From: Mizuhopecten yessoensis
Lineage: Eukaryota
Reading direction: 5' to 3'
Length of the DNA: 64,000 bases
NCBI RefSeq assembly: GCF_002113885.1
Contig: NW_018407257.1
Span: 79,945-143,944 of the forward strand
Position numbers and translations under genes: made by a program. The stretch's first letter is position 1, and each line of letters starts with the position of its first letter. Shown here piece by piece: positions 50,110 to 63,859 of this stretch. The notes under the pieces were generated by a model. That model searched no databases. It was not told the origin of the DNA and worked only from the letters and a program-made list of their open reading frames with translations.

Positions 50110-52805
50110 CACTAACATGTGTATTACTTACATGTGTGTTACTTACATGTGTGTTACTTTCATGCGTGTTACTTACATGTTCGTCACTAACATGTGTGTC
50201 ACTAACATGTTCGTCACTAACATGTGTGTTACTAACATGTGTGTTAATAACATGTGTGTTAATAACATGTTCGTCACTAGCATGTGTGTTACTTTCATGT
50301 GTGTTACTAACATGCGTGTTACTTACATGTTCGTTACTAACATGTGTGTTACTAACATGTGTGTTACTTACATTTGTGTTACTTACATGTGTGTTACTTA
50401 CATGTGTGTTACTAACATGTGTGTTACTAACATGTTCGTCACTAACATGTGTGTTAATAACATGTGTGTTAATAACATGTGTGTTACTAACATGTGTGTT
50501 ACTAACATGTGTGTTACTTACATTTGTGTTACTTACATGTGTGTTACTTACATGTGTGTTACTAACATGTGTGTTACTAACATGTTCGTCACTAACATGT
50601 GTGTTAATAACATGTGTGTTAATAACATGTGTGTTACTAACATGTGTGTTACTGACATGTGTGTTACTAACATGTGTGTTACTGACATATGTGTTACTAA
50701 CATGTGTTACTAGCATGTGTGTTACTTACATTTGTGTTACTTAAATGTGTGTTACTTACATGTGTGTTACTAACATGTGTGTTACTAACATGTTCGTCAC
50801 TAAGATGTGTGTTAATAACATGTTCGTCACTGGCATGTGTGTTACTGACATGTGTGTTACTTACATTTGTGTTACTTACATGTGTGTATCTTACATGTGT
50901 GTTACTCACATGTGTGTTACTAACATGTTCGTCACTTACATGGGTGTTAATAACATGTGTGTTACTAACATGTGTGTTACTAACATGTGTGTTACTAACA
51001 TGTGTGTTAATAACATGTGTGTTACTTACATGTGTGTAACTAACATTTGTGTTACTAACATGTTCGTCACTAACATGTGTGTTACTTACATGTGTGTTAC
51101 TTACATGTGTGTTACTTACATGTGTGTTACTAACATGTGTGTTACTAACATGTGTGTTACTTACATGTGTGTTACTTACATGTGTGTTAATAACATGTGT
51201 GTTACTTACATGTGTGTAACTAACATTTGTGTTACTAACATGTTCGTCACTAACATGTGTGTTACTTACATGTGTGTTACTTACATGTGTGTTACTTACA
51301 TGTGTGTTACTAACATGTGTGTTACTTACATGTGTGTAACTAACATTTGTGTTACTAACATGTTCGTCACTAACATGTGTGTTTCTAACATGTGTGTTAA
51401 TAACATGTGTGTTACTTACATGTGTGTTAATGACATGTGTGTTAATAACATGTGTGTTACTAGCATGTGTGTTACTTACATGTGTGTTACTTACATGTGT
51501 GTTACTAACATGTGTGTAACTAACATGTTCGTCACTAACATTTGTGTTAATAACATGTGTGTTAATAACATGTGTGTTACTAACATGTGTGTTGCTAACA
51601 TGTTTGTCACTAACATGTGTGTTACTAACATGTGTTACTAGCATGTGTGTTACTAACATGTTCGTCACTAACATGTGTGTTACTAGCATGTGTGTTACTA
51701 ACATGTGTGTTACTAACATGTTTGTCACTAACATGTGTGTTACTAACATGTGTGTTAATAACATTTGTGTTACTTACATGCGTGTTACTGATATTCGTGT
51801 TACTAACATTTGTGTTACTAACATGTGTCTTACTAACATGTGAGTTACTAACATGTGTGTAACTAACATGTGTGTTACTATTATGTGTGTTATTATTATA
51901 CCTCTACTTTATTTACTCTATATAAAAGTAATTGGTTAAATCGAATATATCCCCACTTTTGCCTGACTGTGTTTTAGTCCTGTGTGTTAGTCTGGGAACT
52001 AAAACACACCTACACTCGGGTGTTTCCGCCGAGCCAATCAGGCGAGAGGTGGGCGGAGCTTGTTACCGAACTCGGAAGCGACGCGCGAGGTGGGCTGAGC
52101 TTGCTACCGAACTCGGAAGCGACGCACGAGGTGGGCGGAGCTTGCTACCGAACTCGGAAGCATTTAGCTCCATTGCCATCAAAGAGGTAGTTGGGTCGTG
52201 AAGCTATACAGCTTATGGTTTACAAATATTTTCAAGTTAAAACTATCTCTGCAGTGTGTATCGGTATAATAAAACGGTTAAAGTATGGGGTTGAGGGATA
52301 TAGCAAGTTTCTGGTGTCCCTTGACCATGTTTATTTCCCTCGGCTTCGCCTCGGGAAATATACCTGGTCTTGGGACACCAGAAACTTGCTATATCCCATA
52401 ACCCCATACTTTAACTGTATAATAACAGGTGTGTCAATAACATGTGTGTTACTAACATGTGTGTTATTTACATGTGTATTACTTACATGTGTGTTACTTA
52501 CTTGTGTGTTACTAACATGTGTGTTACTAACATGTGTGTAACAAACATGTGTGTTACTAACATGTGTGTTACTAACAAGTGTGTTACTAGCATGTGTGTT
52601 AATAACATGTGTGTTACTAACATGTTCGTCACTAACATGTGTGTTACTAATATGTGTGTTAATAACATGTGTGTTACTTACATGCGTGTTACTAACATGT
52701 GTGCTACTAACATGTGTGTTACTAATATGTGTGTTACTAGCATGTGTGTTACTTACAGGTATGTTACTTACATGTGTGTTACTAACATGTGTGTTACTTA
52801 CATGA
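50110..52805. repeat. 15-bp minisatellite, interrupted at about 51896-52428
   Basis: ACTAACATGTGTGTT and variants; the source of the spurious THVSN/MCVTN ORFs. Confidence 0.97.
52265..52428. mobile_element. Palindromic element with a GGCTTCGCC loop, part of an insertion (about 51896-52428) splitting the 15-bp minisatellite
   Basis: Arms TAAAGTATGGGGTT..GGGATATAGCAAGTTTCTGGTGTCCC and GGGACACCAGAAACTTGCTATATCCC..AACCCCATACTTTA. Confidence 0.65.
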
Positions 52806-52869
52806 ACAACAGTATAAAAAGATATCCTTAAGTTAAACATTTGCGTTTCAACATAAACGTAACTAACCC

Positions 52870-55800
52870 CATTTCACTTACACGTGTGTGCTGTACCTGA
52901 TATCAAATTAAAATACCTCCCTCACTTACACGTGTGTACTGTTTCTAACATCAAACTACAATATCCCATCACTTACACGTGTGTGTTCTGTTCCTAACAT
53001 CAAACTACAATATCCCTTCACTTACACGTGTGTGTGTGTTGTTCCTAATATCAAACTACAATATCCCATCACTTACACGTGTGTGCTGTACCTAACATCA
53101 AACTACAATATCCCATCACTTACACGTGTATGTTCTGTTCCTAACATCAAACTACAATAGCCCTTCACTTACACGTGGGTGTTCCGTTCCTGACATCAAA
53201 CTACAATATCCCTTCACTTCCCCGTGGGTGTTCCGTTCCTAACATCAAACTACAATATCCCTTCACTTGCACGTGGATGTTATGTTCCTAACATCAAACT
53301 ACAATATCCCTTCACTTACACGTGTGTGTGTGTTGTTCCTAACATCAAACTACAATATCCCATCACTTACACGTGTGTGTTCCGTTCCTAACATCAAACT
53401 ACAATATCCCTTCACTTACACGTGTGTGTTCTGTTCCTTACATCAAACTACAATATCCCTTCACCTACACGTGTGTGTGCTGTTCCTAACATCGAACTAA
53501 AATTTCCCTTCACTTACGCGTGGGTGTTCTGTTCCTAACATCAAACTACAATATCCCTTCACTTACACGTATGTGTTCCAATCCTAACATCAAACTACAA
53601 TATCCAATCACGTACACGCGTGTGTGCTGTACACGTGTGTGTGCTGTTCCTAACAGCGAACTAAAATTTCCCTTCACTTACACGTGTGTGTACTGTTCCT
53701 AGCATCAAACTACAATATCCCTTCACCTACACGTGTGTGTTCTGTTCCTAACATCGAACTAAAATTTCCCTTCCCTTACGCGTGGGTGTTCTGTTCCTAA
53801 CATCAGACTACAATATCCCTTCACTTACACGTATGTGTTCTGTTCCTAACATCAAACTAAAATTTCCCTTCACTTACACGTGTGTGTACTGTTCCTAACA
53901 TCAAACTACAATATCCCATCACTTACACGCGTGTGTTCTGTTCCTAACATCACACTAAAATATCCCTTCACTTACACGTGTGTGTACTGTTCCTAACGTC
54001 AAACTACAATATCCCTTCACTTACACGTGTGTGTGCTGTTCCTAACATCGAACTAAAATATCCCTTCACTTACACGTGGGTGTTCTGTTCCTAACATTAA
54101 ACTACAATATCCCTTCACCTACACGTGTGTGTTCCGTTCCTAACATCAAACTACAATATCCCTTCACTTACACGTATGTGTTCCGTTCCTAACATCAAAC
54201 TACAATATCCCTTCACTTACACGTATGTGTTCTGTTCCTAACATCAAACTACAATATCCCTTCACTTACACGTGTGTGTTCCGTTCCTAACATCAAACTA
54301 CAATATCCCTTCACTTACACGTATGTGTTCCGTTCCTAACATCAAACTACAATATCCCTTCACTTACACGTATGTGTTCTGTTCCTAACATCAAACTACA
54401 ATATCCCTTCACTTACACGTGTGTGTTCCGTTCCTAACATCAAACTACAATATCCCTTCACTTACACGTATGTGTTCCGTTCCTAACATCAAACTACAAT
54501 ATCCCTTCACTTACACGTATGTGTTCTGTTCCTAACATCAAACTACAATATCCCTTCACTTACACGTGTGTGTTCCGTTCCTAACATCAAACTACAATAT
54601 CCCTTCACTTACACGTATGTGTTCCGTTCCTAACATCAAACTACAATATCCCTTCACTTACACGTATGTGTTCTGTTCCTAACATCAAACTACAATATCC
54701 CTTCACTTACACGTGTGTGTTCTGTTCCTAACATCAAACTACAATATCCCTTCACTTACACGTATGTGTTCCGTTCCTAACATCAAACTACAATATCCCT
54801 TCACTTACACGTATGTGTTCTGTTCCTAACATCAAACTACAATATCCCTTCACTTACACGTGTGTGTTCTGTTCCTAACATCAAACTACAATATCCCTTC
54901 ACTTACACGTGTGTGTTCTGTTCCTAATATCAAACTAAAATATCCCATCACTTACACGTGTGTGTTCTGTTCCTAATATCAAACTACAATATCCCATCAC
55001 GTACACGCGTGTGTTCTGTTCCTAACATCACACTAAAATATCCCTTCACTTACACGTGTGTGTGCTGTTCCTAACATCAAACTACAATATCCCTTCACTT
55101 ACACGTGTGTGTTCCGTTCCTAACATCAAACTACAATATCCCTTCACTTACACGTGTGTGTTCTGTTCCTAACATCAAACTACAATATCCCTTCACTTAC
55201 ACGTGTGTGTTCTGTTCCTAACATCAAACTACAATATCCCTTCACTTACACGTGTGTGTTCCGTTCCTAACATCAAACTACAATATCCCTTCACTTACAC
55301 GTGTGTGTTCTGTTCCTAACATCAAACTACAATATCCCTTCACTTACACGTGTGTGTTCCGTTCCTAACATCAAACTACAATATCCCTTCACTTACACGT
55401 GTGTGTTCTGTTCCTAACATCAAACTACAATATCCCTTCACTTACACGTGTGTGTTCCGTTCCTAACATCAAACTACAATATCCCTTCACTTACACGTGT
55501 GTGTTCTGTTCCTAATATCAAACTAAAATATCCCATCACTTACACGTGTGTGTTCTGTTCCTAATATCAAACTACAATATCCCATCACGTACACGCGTGT
55601 GTTCTGTTCCTAACATCACACTAAAATATCCCTTCACTTACACGTGTGTGTGCTGTTCCTAACATCAAACTGCAATATCCCTTCGCTTACACGTGGGTGT
55701 TCCGTTCCTAACATCAAACTACAATATCCCATCACTTACACTGTTTGTACTGTTCCTAACATCAAACTACAATATCCCATCACTTACACGTGTGTGTACT

Positions 55801-55903
55801 GTTCCTAACATCAAACTACAATATCCCTTCACTTACACGTGTGTGTTCCGTTCCTAACATCAAACTACAATATCCCATCACTTACACGTGTGTGTTCTGT
55901 TCC
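52870..55903. repeat. 49-bp satellite, about 60 copies
   Basis: CCCTTCACTTACACGTGTGTGTTCTGTTCCTAACATCAAACTACAATAT. Confidence 0.97.
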
Positions 55904-57417
55904 TTGTATCAGACAAAATTATCCCCTTAATAATTTACCTCAAACTTCACTATTCATGACACAAAATATCACCTCAGTTCTCACAAGCGTGTCTGTACGA
56001 AATATAATAGCACGTGTTATTGATATGAAACTAAACAAAATCAGGAAAATAAAGCACCGAAATATCAATTTTTCTCCACTTGACATGTTTAATGAAAAAT
56101 TAATTGAAGGGAATATGCAATCAAATGGGTGTTGTTGACCCCGGAAGATAATTCTGGATGTGACCATCGTCTCATCCCTGGGTTGTTAATATCACAGCAT
56201 ATCACCCCTTCATTAAAACTTATCATAGNCCATCCCCCCGCCCTTCCATCCCCCCAAGGAACCGCTACATCAAAGCCAGTAAAAAAATATAATTTTATAT
56301 CACAAGCACAAATACTACTTACCTAGCCAGATAGTATGTGGGTTGTCACTTGTGTCGCTGGCCAAGGGTTCTGACAGCTGGTCGTCAATGTATCCGTATA
56401 GTTGGTTCTGGTTAAGTGAACAGGATTAATTATAATTAACATGTTATATATGAATTCATATTTGATTGTGCTTTTCTGAGTTGTGACAATAGTCGTATAT
56501 CAAAACATACCATACTCTACATGGAATTAGCGCCCGTGTTGTGGACTGAATGTGTCCAGTTACAGAAAGGTCCACCTTTCCAGTACCTGCGCGAAGACGT
56601 TCGTGATTTTTTTTTATTAACTAGTCAGTTTTAATTTACTTTTATGCATGGGTTGGTTGTTTGACCAAAACGTGACACATTGTAAATTGTTTTTTTAATT
56701 GTATATGTCCTTAATTGTTAAACGGCTCTTTTTACCGATACCCTTTGTATCCGTCATTGGGAATATGTCCGATTCATTAACTTGAGTTACTAGCCTGGTG
56801 TATAAAACGTAGTCGGATAGCGTTATGACCTTTGTCTCCGCTACCCCAGGTTTAGATAAATGAGCCTATCAGGTTACTGCTCACCTGGCCTAATCTGTCA
56901 ATCAAAACACATGTATAAAAGACAGGTAAATTATCAATCGGAAGATCTCGGCCATATCCGTCAAGGCTTTTTTAGTTTTTACGGAACTGGCCGAGCTGTA
57001 GCGATTTGTAGTTTTATTGCAGAAAAACCGGACCTCTTTTTATCCGGAAAGTCTTGTTTTCTAAAACCAAAATCCGAAAAATGGACTTATCTTTAATAAG
57101 GAAACATACAAACATCATTTCAACAAAATATCATCAGTGTAAATTATGTTTTAACATTATATCAAATGTACAAATAATTGGTGTTGATAGCTATGGATGA
57201 GTATAAGCAGAGACGTTATGCTACTGGCTTTAAATGTCGCTGGAGTTATCAATCTAGATCTGTCGTTATCTATAATACATTCAGGCATAAATAAATAAAA
57301 ACAAGGGTATCTCCAATAAGTTCTTTGTATTAAAATGACGTTATTTGGTGTTTTTTTTCAAATGGTAGGTTGCATATTAATACAATATAATGGTTTGCGT
57401 CTTGAAATGCGTCTTAC

Positions 57418-57560
57418 TGTGGGAAGAAACCGGGGCACCCGCAGAAAACCCATGTGGTCGGGCAGGTGACCCCATACCTATTTAAGTCCGATCGGGGAAT
57501 CGAACCCCGGCTGCCTTGGTAGAAGACAAGTACGCTATCACCTGCGTCACCCGATCACCC
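57418..57560 (-). mobile_element. tRNA-head SINE with a V-SINE-like domain
   Basis: B box GGTTCGATTCCC on the - strand; inverted homolog of 58331-58477. Confidence 0.75.
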
Positions 57561-58330
57561 CTGTTTATCATCTCACATGTCATACCACCAAACGGTACAT
57601 TACACAGAGGTGCTAACTCCTCTCGAACTGAGCGGTTAAAATGCGGACGTATAAAGCGTGTCGGTTTGTAGATTAGCGCTCCTGACTTACAATTCTCTAA
57701 ACCATTTTAATTACAAACATTTATTTGCGTTAAATATACTCGCCTAAACAATCAGGAAACGTCGGCACACCGTCAGCACTTTCCGTTTTCCGATTGTCAC
57801 TTACACAGAGTGTACGGAACGCCAACTCCGGGAAGCGATTGCCTTCCGCGACGAAGTATTTTAATGAGTGCCTAATTTATGATTGGTTAGTTTAGTGAAA
57901 TCCCAGAATCGATCATTTGTAAAAATAACAAAATTTTCAGCATTTTAAAAATGTTTTTGCATAGAATAAAATAATAAATAAATATTGTAAACGGTAAGTA
58001 AGAAAAGTGTCTGCATTCCTTTCTTTAACTCGGCCTACGAGTGTTTGTCTCTACTTTTAGAAGGAAAAAACCCGAAACATTAATAAAAAAAAATAACGGA
58101 AAGAAAATGACATTATACCAAAACACCGCTAAATCTACACATGTTGGGTTGGTTACCGTTTTATGAAACATTTTGGTACAAAAAAAATCTGAAAAATAGA
58201 TTATTGAAATATAAAACAAATATTGTAGCGGTTCCGCTCCTGTCCCCGATTTTTAAAAATTAATTGATACATTCGTTTTCTGCTATATAACCTCGACGTT
58301 ACTGTGTTAACTTAGTTACGGAGGTGGAGA

Positions 58331-58477
58331 GGGTGGTCAGGTGGCGCAGTGGATAGCACATGCCTTTCACCAAGACGGCCAGGGTTCGATTCCCCGATCG
58401 GACGTGGACAGGTATGGGGTCACCTTCCCGGCCGCGTGTGATTTCTCCGGGTACTCCGGTTGCCTCCCACAATAAGT
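58331..58477 (+). mobile_element. tRNA-head SINE with a V-SINE-like domain (runs into an N gap)
   Basis: A box GTGGCGCAGTGG, B box GGTTCGATTCCC, then TTTCTCCGGGTACTCCGGTTGCCTCCCAC. Confidence 0.8.
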
Positions 58478-58491
58478 AACCCCCTCCCTCC

Positions 58492-58670
58492 NNNNNNNNN
58501 NNNNNNNNNNNNNNNNNNNNNNNNNNNNNNNNNNNNNNNNNNNNNNNNNNNNNNNNNNNNNNNNNNNNNNNNNNNNNNNNNNNNNNNNNNNNNNNNNNNN
58601 NNNNNNNNNNNNNNNNNNNNNNNNNNNNNNNNNNNNNNNNNNNNNNNNNNNNNNNNNNNNNNNNNNNNNN
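58492..58670. other. Assembly gap (N run); a second gap is at 5419-5635
   Basis: Runs of N. Confidence 1.
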
Positions 58671-58804
58671 CCCCCCCCGGGTTAGGGCTGTGATTTTGCG
58701 CTTTTTCGATACGTTTTCTGGATCTTTTAGTGTATTTGGTGGCCCTAAAAAGGGCCGTTGATGTTTGAGATGCATTGATGATGTTCTCGTTAGTTCCAAT
58801 TCTC

Positions 58805-59494
58805 TCACAAGTCCGTGATATCCCCAGGCTGTTTATGACCAGCTGCAGATGTCGAGGTTCTCCTCAGGGATAAATTATTCCTTCTTAAAAATCTTGCCAG
58901 CCAGCCGTCCGAGGCCTTGAAGGTCGGCTGTTGGTTGACAGACAGCACTAAATTCTGTGCATACAGCTGTATACTGTGCCGAGAAACCGGAAGTTGGAGT
59001 TCCTGTCGATTTCGTATCCAACCGACAATCTTGAGCTCCACGTTCTCGGAGTACACCAGTTTCCCGCCGCCTCCAATTTCCCTCCCTTTTTGTGTTTTGG
59101 GAGAATCGGGACAAAAGGTCTTCTTCCATGTTGAAAGAGTGGATTTTGGTAAACCATATTTAGAGGATATGACACATGTGCCATACATCTCGGCCAAATC
59201 TAGAAGTTCTTTCTTCTCGGCTACCGTATAAAATTTATATTTGCCACGTATTTTTCTCAGACTTGGCTCCTCCTCCAGGTATACGTCATCACTTTCGTCA
59301 TCACTTTGTGTGTTGGTGGGCGGTGTGGTAGGAGGGACACGTGGGCACGGTTGAGTGGTTGTTACGTCAAACTTTGGCCTTGGAACAGGTCGTGTCTCTG
59401 GTTTTGTTGCAGATGATGGCGGTTCTCTCCATTTCTTTTGGACAGAGTCGTCTCTGCTCTCCGCCTTCTGGAAGTAATCCTGGATCCGTTTCAT
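58805..59494 (-). mobile_element. pogo/Tigger-like transposase-derived ORF, DNA-binding domains only (HTH plus CENP-B-type HTH)
   Basis: YTVAEKKELLDLAE...YGLPKSTLSTWKK and ELKIVGWIRNRQELQLPVSRHSIQLYA...FKASDGWLARFLRRNNLSLRR are pogo/CENP-B motifs. The ORF stops before any DDE domain. Confidence 0.8.
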
Positions 59495-60001
59495 AATGAT
59501 GCTTTCGAGATTATCACGAAAACTGGTAGCGATAGTGCGGTTTCTCCTACTTTTATACCAACCACTTATAAGGAACCAGGTGCTAAGTCACGTGTCATCG
59601 GCCTTGACACGTACTGTTGATATTATTGTTTATTCCAGTAGAATTAGCAGCGTGATACAAACTGTACTAGCCATGTCGTCGGCAGTTGTGTACTGTTGTG
59701 TGTACGTGTCGATGTCGTACACCGCCGACACGTGTGAATTATCGGATGCTATCATTGTTTATGCAACGATTATTAATTTTTAAGTATAATTAATTATTGA
59801 TTAACTAATGTCGGTCGGGGTGGACATGATGACACTGAAGACACGATTGTTCTACTGAATGATGTTGTATTTAAGATACACATGTGTAAAATACAAGATA
59901 ATACAAAATGTTGCCGCACAGTTTCTTAATAATACATAAAAAAAATCCATTAGGAGTACACTGAGCGGTAGTCCGAGCGTAACCTCTCGAGTTTGAGACC
60001 T

Positions 60002-60236
60002 GGGCCCGTATTCATGAAACCATTCTCATGCTCAAGAATGGATTATGTGCTCAAACCAACTCGCTTAAATAATTTCAAACGATCAAAAAGTCGAAACAGC
60101 ATTTGGCTTCAAGTCTCTTCAAAATATTTCCAACTCATTGAAAAAACAAGATCTATTTATTAAGGTACAACCAGAACAAGAAATTAGGCTTGAGCACAAA
60201 ATCCATGCTTTAGCATGAGAACGGTTTCATTGGCCA
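60002..60236. mobile_element. TIR MITE, PIF/Harbinger-like
   Basis: GGGCCCGTATTCATGAAACCATTCTCATGCT...AGCATGAGAACGGTTTCATTGGCC. Confidence 0.55.
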
Positions 60237-61941
60237 TGAACTCGGTCGAATGTGTTTTAAACCCAAAATAGGTGTACGCGTTGCTGGGTGAAGCAAGTGT
60301 CATGCATTATAAAATATTACTTACAAAAACTGTACGTACCTCTGTAGAAGGTGTCAGTTATACATCAATCATAGATATTCCTACTCAAAGTTACCTAACA
60401 CTGTGAAAAAAATGTTCAAAACTTAATTAAACGATCCGTTTGAAGTTTATTTTTTATTTTTTTTAACACAGTTACTATTTTATATACTGACACTGATGTG
60501 TATTTACCTGTACACGTGCTGGGCGGTCCAACCATGGTCTAATCTAATGCCGTGGTCCAACTAACAAGTGACCGTAGTGATGGGGGGTCCAGTTATGGCG
60601 CATGCTCTGTTGATTAGCGTGTGTATGCAATCAGTGTCCACTCCAAACACGACCCCCGGACTGTCAAAGTTGTTAAAGATATGACAACGTAAAGTACTGG
60701 GCGGATCTTTCTCGAATTACAAACGTAGATTTCCCTTATTCCTTAGTTGTACATGTTTCATTTGGACACTAATCAGAAAAATATACAGCCATCTTGGATT
60801 TCGCAATTTCTTATTTTGCTATAGATCTTTCTATAATTTCGCAAGTAAGGTTTATCTCGGGGCCTTTTCGTTTAAGCGGAACAACCGGAAATCCGATGTA
60901 ATTTACCCCTTCCCCCTATTTTTTTTATGAAAGATACTAATTTTTTACCATTTTTTGCAGATTAAACGCTTGATATGAAAAGTTCTGCTATTAAACTTTT
61001 TGTGATATTTAATGAATTAAAAGAAATTGTGTTTTTCTTTCCTAAACATCCACAAAAATGGGGGACCGTGTGCTTCTTTTTTTGTCCCATTATCATTCGT
61101 GTTATTTTTTTTTACCTTTTTCGGGGTCAAAAATCAAAAGTGCTTCAGTTACATTAAATATGTAAAAAAAATATCAGTAATGACACGGAATTAGATAAGG
61201 CCGTTGTAATGTATAATTTTCCAGTTTGTTGCATATTATTTTTATCATATTAAACATTATAAAGTTGTACAGCAAAATTGAACCTGCTAGAATTAAAAAT
61301 GGCGACACAATGACAATTTAAGCGATCAATCTAGTGTCAAAAAAGGTGAAATTTTGGCCTCTTTTGAAGCGCAAGAAATACACATTAATACACATTTTCA
61401 AAATGGCCGCCAAATTGGTAATTATTTTAAATTATTGTAAAAAAAGTTCTACAAACAACAGGCATCTAGTTTTTTGACATATTTTTCATATGCGTGTTTG
61501 CTTATAAACTTGATCATAATTTGTTAAATATTACAAAAACCCGTCACACCAGATCAAAACGAGACTTGAACGTGATTGAAACCTCAGAAGAGTACATCCT
61601 TAACTTAATTGTATGTTAAATTCTGCGACTGGTCGAAAAAATATGATTGCTATCAAGTTGTTATCCAAGTCGGAAATTGGTAGTGTTAAAGTTAATGGTT
61701 GTCAGTATTTATCAGAGGACTGACGAGATCTTTCCAGTTCATAGCTAGGCCCCTATCGAACGTTTGAGCGGAAGTTACCAGACGAATTGACTGTAAGCAT
61801 GACTCGATCCAACAGATAAGTTGGAACTTGGAACCAATGAAAATCTTAGGATTTGGCGCCAATACGGGCCTCTGATTTTTTTTTTAGAAATTCCGAAGCC
61901 TGCAGTTAAAAACCCTATCAGCATGACTGTTTCCTATCAGC

Positions 61942-62080
61942 ATGAGATGCTATATAAGGTATCTTATATAGAAATTAAATGAGATGCTATATAAGGTATC
62001 GTATATAGAAATTAAATGAGATGCTATATAAGGTATCTTATATAGAAACTAAATGAGATGCTATATAAGATATCTTATAT
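61942..62080. repeat. 37-bp tandem repeat, about 4 copies
   Basis: ATGAGATGCTATATAAGGTATCTTATATAGAAATTAA. Confidence 0.9.
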
Positions 62081-62694
62081 GTTATTTAATTTATTAATTA
62101 TATACCAACAAGAATGCTGACAGGTCAGCAAGGTTCCCACCAGGTGCCTGGCCTCCATGCGTAGAAATTGTATATTTGGTTACAGGTTGGGGATAAAATC
62201 CCTCAGTTGATTCACCTCTATTTCCCAATTGGGCCGAACTCCTGTACTGTTCTTTACTGTGTAAGAAAGTTATAAATATCAATTTCATCATTATCATACA
62301 GTACCAATAGTAAGAAGACTGCACTAGTATGTTTAAAATTGAACAGATTCAAAATTGAGAATAAATTATGTATCACTTAGTTCGTAAAATATAAATATAG
62401 AACTAGTACTGGTATAGATTGTGATATGATTTGAAACCACGAAAGTTTATGAAAGTACACACAAATATGTTTAAAGTAGCGCCTAGTTTATCACAGATTT
62501 CAGGTTTATGACAGGAGAGAACCACCAGGCAGGGTAGAAAAGTTGGACTTACTGTTGTGGCCGTCTGTTACGGCACGATTTCTCATCCCGACACGACACG
62601 ATTTCTCATACCGACTGAGAAATCGTGCTAAAATCCTTAGTTATCAGCCTTTCGTAGGTCGTTGGGCAGACAGTTCCATATGCGGACAGTCTCA

Positions 62695-62960
62695 TACCGA
62701 AATGATTTTTACCACACCTGGTAGTTCTTACCCTAGGTAAATCTACAGTCTTCTCTTGCCTTAGGTTGTAATTGGATACTTTTTTAATCATCAATTCTTG
62801 TATATACCCAAAGACATTTGGTTAACAATTTTCAAAATCTCACATGCAATCATTTTCATGCGTTTTATGTGCAAGAAGTTTTAAAATCAGACTCATAGTC
62901 ATTAGCCTTCATATCATTTATTGTAAAACCATTCGTAAGAATAAACGCCTCCCTTTCTAA
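62695..62960 (-). mobile_element. LINE ORF2 3' fragment
   Basis: RMKMIACEILKIVNQ...KKVSNYNLRQEKTVDLPRVRTTRCGKNHF. Confidence 0.65.
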
Positions 62961-63628
62961 TACACTTTTCATAGTTTGGCTATTTTACTTTATGTAACTT
63001 TGTGTTGTCATCAGCGTGATTGTACAAAGTGGACTCCTTAATGCGGTAAAAATTATCATTGATAAAAATATTAAAATGCAACGACGGTAAGTATTGAGCC
63101 CTGTGGTTTCTATGCAGTCACTGATGCTGGGCGCTCTCGGTAGCTTCGCAAGTCTCACGCCGAATATTACCCTTTTGACTAACTTAATTTGTACCGTTCT
63201 AAAGGATAAAGTTGACGGACAACGGACTTTTGAGTGATTGATTGAGTGGTTCGGCTGGTTATCCAGCAGACAGACGACGGACGCTACGAAACGCCATTGC
63301 TCACTTGGCCGAAACATGTTTTGGATTTTGTTGAAAACCCACATGGCCTGGTAATGGCAAAGGCGTGAATCTATGTGGTTTTCAATCGGTTCGCTGTAAG
63401 CGAATGCGCCCTTAATGGACGCTTCCGGTTTTGTTGCAAGGTCGTTGCTAAATTGTCGCCTCGGCACTGTCCGTTCGTTCTTACATGGTCTTAAAGGCTC
63501 AAATATCGATAGGCATATCATTTGCATGGTAAGTGTATGTTCTAGTGTCTGTTCACAAGCATTTGTTTCCGAGATTTTCTTACAGGTGAATCGACATGCG
63601 AGGATAGTAGGCCTACCTGTGGCCGAAT

Positions 63629-63857
63629 TAGCCCGAGTTTCCTTTGGCCCTGACACTACTCCTATAACATGTAGGAGGCCGCTGGTCGGCCTTTTTTTCT
63701 ATCAGATATGATTTTGCCGACGCGGCGGCTGTCAAAAGTATCTCACCGTGTAAAACCTGTAACATTGTTGGAGTAGCCCTGACATCAGACATGGGACATC
63801 TGGCATATCTGTCAAAATGTCCATGTTTGGTGTCCGGGCCAGAGGAAACTCGGGTTA
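63629..63857. mobile_element. TIR MITE with TAG/TTA ends, Academ-like
   Basis: TAGCCCGAGTTTCCTTTGGCCCTGACAC versus GTGTCCGGGCCAGAGGAAACTCGGGTTA. A TAG...CTA-ended element with a similar layout is at 26380-26531. Confidence 0.55.
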
Positions 63858-63859
63858 TG

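Noticed and set aside
50110-51895. p53 response-element array upstream of a death receptor
   Set aside because: CATG cores recur every 15 bp, but most half-sites have two mismatches and non-canonical spacing.
50009-52840. Long ORFs of THVSN / MCVTN / CVLLT repeats
   Set aside because: Translations of a 15-bp minisatellite open in several frames on both strands; no gene structure.
52870-55903. Array of ACTACA-nn-TCCCA (ZNF143/THAP11) motifs
   Set aside because: The unit reads ACTACA-ATA-TCCC, one base longer than the motif spacing; probably coincidental.
58331-58400. tRNA gene
   Set aside because: A and B boxes continue into a SINE body, there is no clean cloverleaf or terminator, and a diverged second copy is nearby.
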